This document shows, in pieces, positions 63,081-64,000 of a DNA stretch of 64,000 nt (position 1 is the stretch's first letter; the number at the start of each line of letters is the position of its first letter). Source of the DNA: Mobula hypostoma. Taxonomy: Eukaryota. The translations under genes were made by a program, and so were the position numbers. Where the stretch lies: positions 63,552,001 to 63,616,000 of the forward strand of contig NC_086108.1 of NCBI RefSeq assembly GCF_963921235.1, given 5' to 3'. The notes beneath the pieces were generated by a model. It saw only the letters and a program-made list of their open reading frames with translations. It ran no database searches and was not told the DNA's origin.

Positions 63081-63465
63081 GGTTACGTGGTATTTTGGAT
63101 TGCGGGGTGTAGATATGTCTCTATCATAGGAGGTGTGAGGTGCCCCTTCCCTCTGCTAGCATGTAGGTCACCTTTGGGCATGGTGAAGCCTCTGCTTAGC
63201 TCCACAATCAGGGTCACGTGAGGCCATGGGACCAAGTGGTGGATGGTCGTATGAGCAGCTGGTGCATATATCAAGTCTCAGTTATAGGATTACTGACGCC
63301 AGGCAAATAATCTCTGAAGAGTATTGGTAATGGCTGGGGTCACGTTTCTTGTAAAGACACTGTCCAGACGGCAATGGCAAACCACTTCTGTAGAATATGC
63401 CAAGAATAATAATGGTCACAGACTATGATCGCCTACGTCATGCAACATGGCACATAATAATGATG
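63081..63465 (+). mobile_element. SINE-like non-autonomous element with RTE-like tail
   Basis: Second copy of 5911-6550. ggcaatggcaaaccacttctg...tgccaagaa resembles RTE/BovB 3' ends; ends in a taa/tga triplet tail. Confidence 0.65.
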
Positions 63466-63609
63466 AGGACAAGGAATTAGAAATAATGACATGAACAATT
63501 CTGATCAAGGTCATAGAACTGAGAAGTTTATAGTGTTTCTCCTTTGACAAATTCTGAGTACTTCCAACATTTTTGGGTTTGTTTTAGAAGCATGTCTTGC
63601 AGTGGTGTC

Positions 63610-63953
63610 TGGAAAAGCTATTTCCCATGGTAGGGAATTCCAGGGCAAGAGGGCATGACTTCAGGATTGAAGGATGTCCTTTTAGAACTGAGATGTGGAG
63701 AAATTACTTTGGTCAGAGGGTGCTAAATCTGTGGAATTTGTTGCCATGAGTGGCTGTGGAAGCCAAGTCATTGAGTGTATTTAAGGCAGAGATAGATAGG
63801 TTCTTGATTAGCCAGAGCATCAAAGGGTATGGGGAGAAGGCAGGGGAGTGGGGATGACTGGAAGAATTGGATCAGCCCATGATTGAATGGTGGAGCAGAC
63901 TCAATGGGCCGAATGGCCTACCTTCACTCCTATATCTTATGGTCTTATGGTCT
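63610..63953 (+). mobile_element. CR1 3' fragment
   Basis: Same 3' end as 13230-13542; tail tcttatggtcttatggtct. Confidence 0.85.
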
Positions 63954-64000
63954 AAGCAAAGGGAAAGTTATCACCTTCTAGTTGTCCTTAAATATTTTGA

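Noticed and set aside
1..64000. Prokaryotic systems (CRISPR array, retron, RT-based defence operon)
   Set aside because: No repeat-spacer array or operon structure. All RT ORFs belong to eukaryotic LINE/PLE families, and the genes are spliceosomal.

Overview
Eukaryotic, AT-rich, repeat-dense genomic DNA from a vertebrate. The repeat families suggest a cartilaginous fish, probably a ray (inference). Two host genes lie on the + strand in head-to-tail order. (1) The last six exons of a HOOK1-like gene (8180-27737) look disabled: two in-frame stops in one exon and a GT>GA donor mutation. (2) Exons 1-5 of a CYP2J-like cytochrome P450 (35194-62220; exons 6-9 lie beyond the window) carry a +1 frameshift in exon 2 and have lost the conserved FxxR arginine. 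HOOK1-CYP2J linkage is known vertebrate synteny, but in human the genes converge, so this may be a decaying, rearranged duplicate block. The rest is mostly nested transposable-element debris: CR1, Rex/Babar, a 5'-truncated L1 with target-site duplication (TSD), an R4/Dong fragment, a Buster/Charlie hAT, a solo LTR, a Tc1 MITE and RTE-tailed SINEs. Many Penelope-like elements (PLE) carry minimal hammerhead ribozyme motifs, often as inverted pairs. I did not find a clearly new biological system; the best leads are the doubly disabled HOOK1-CYP2 block, the hammerhead-bearing PLE hairpins and a CR1-plus-flank local duplication. All calls come from manual reading with no database search, and TE boundaries without a stated TSD are approximate.
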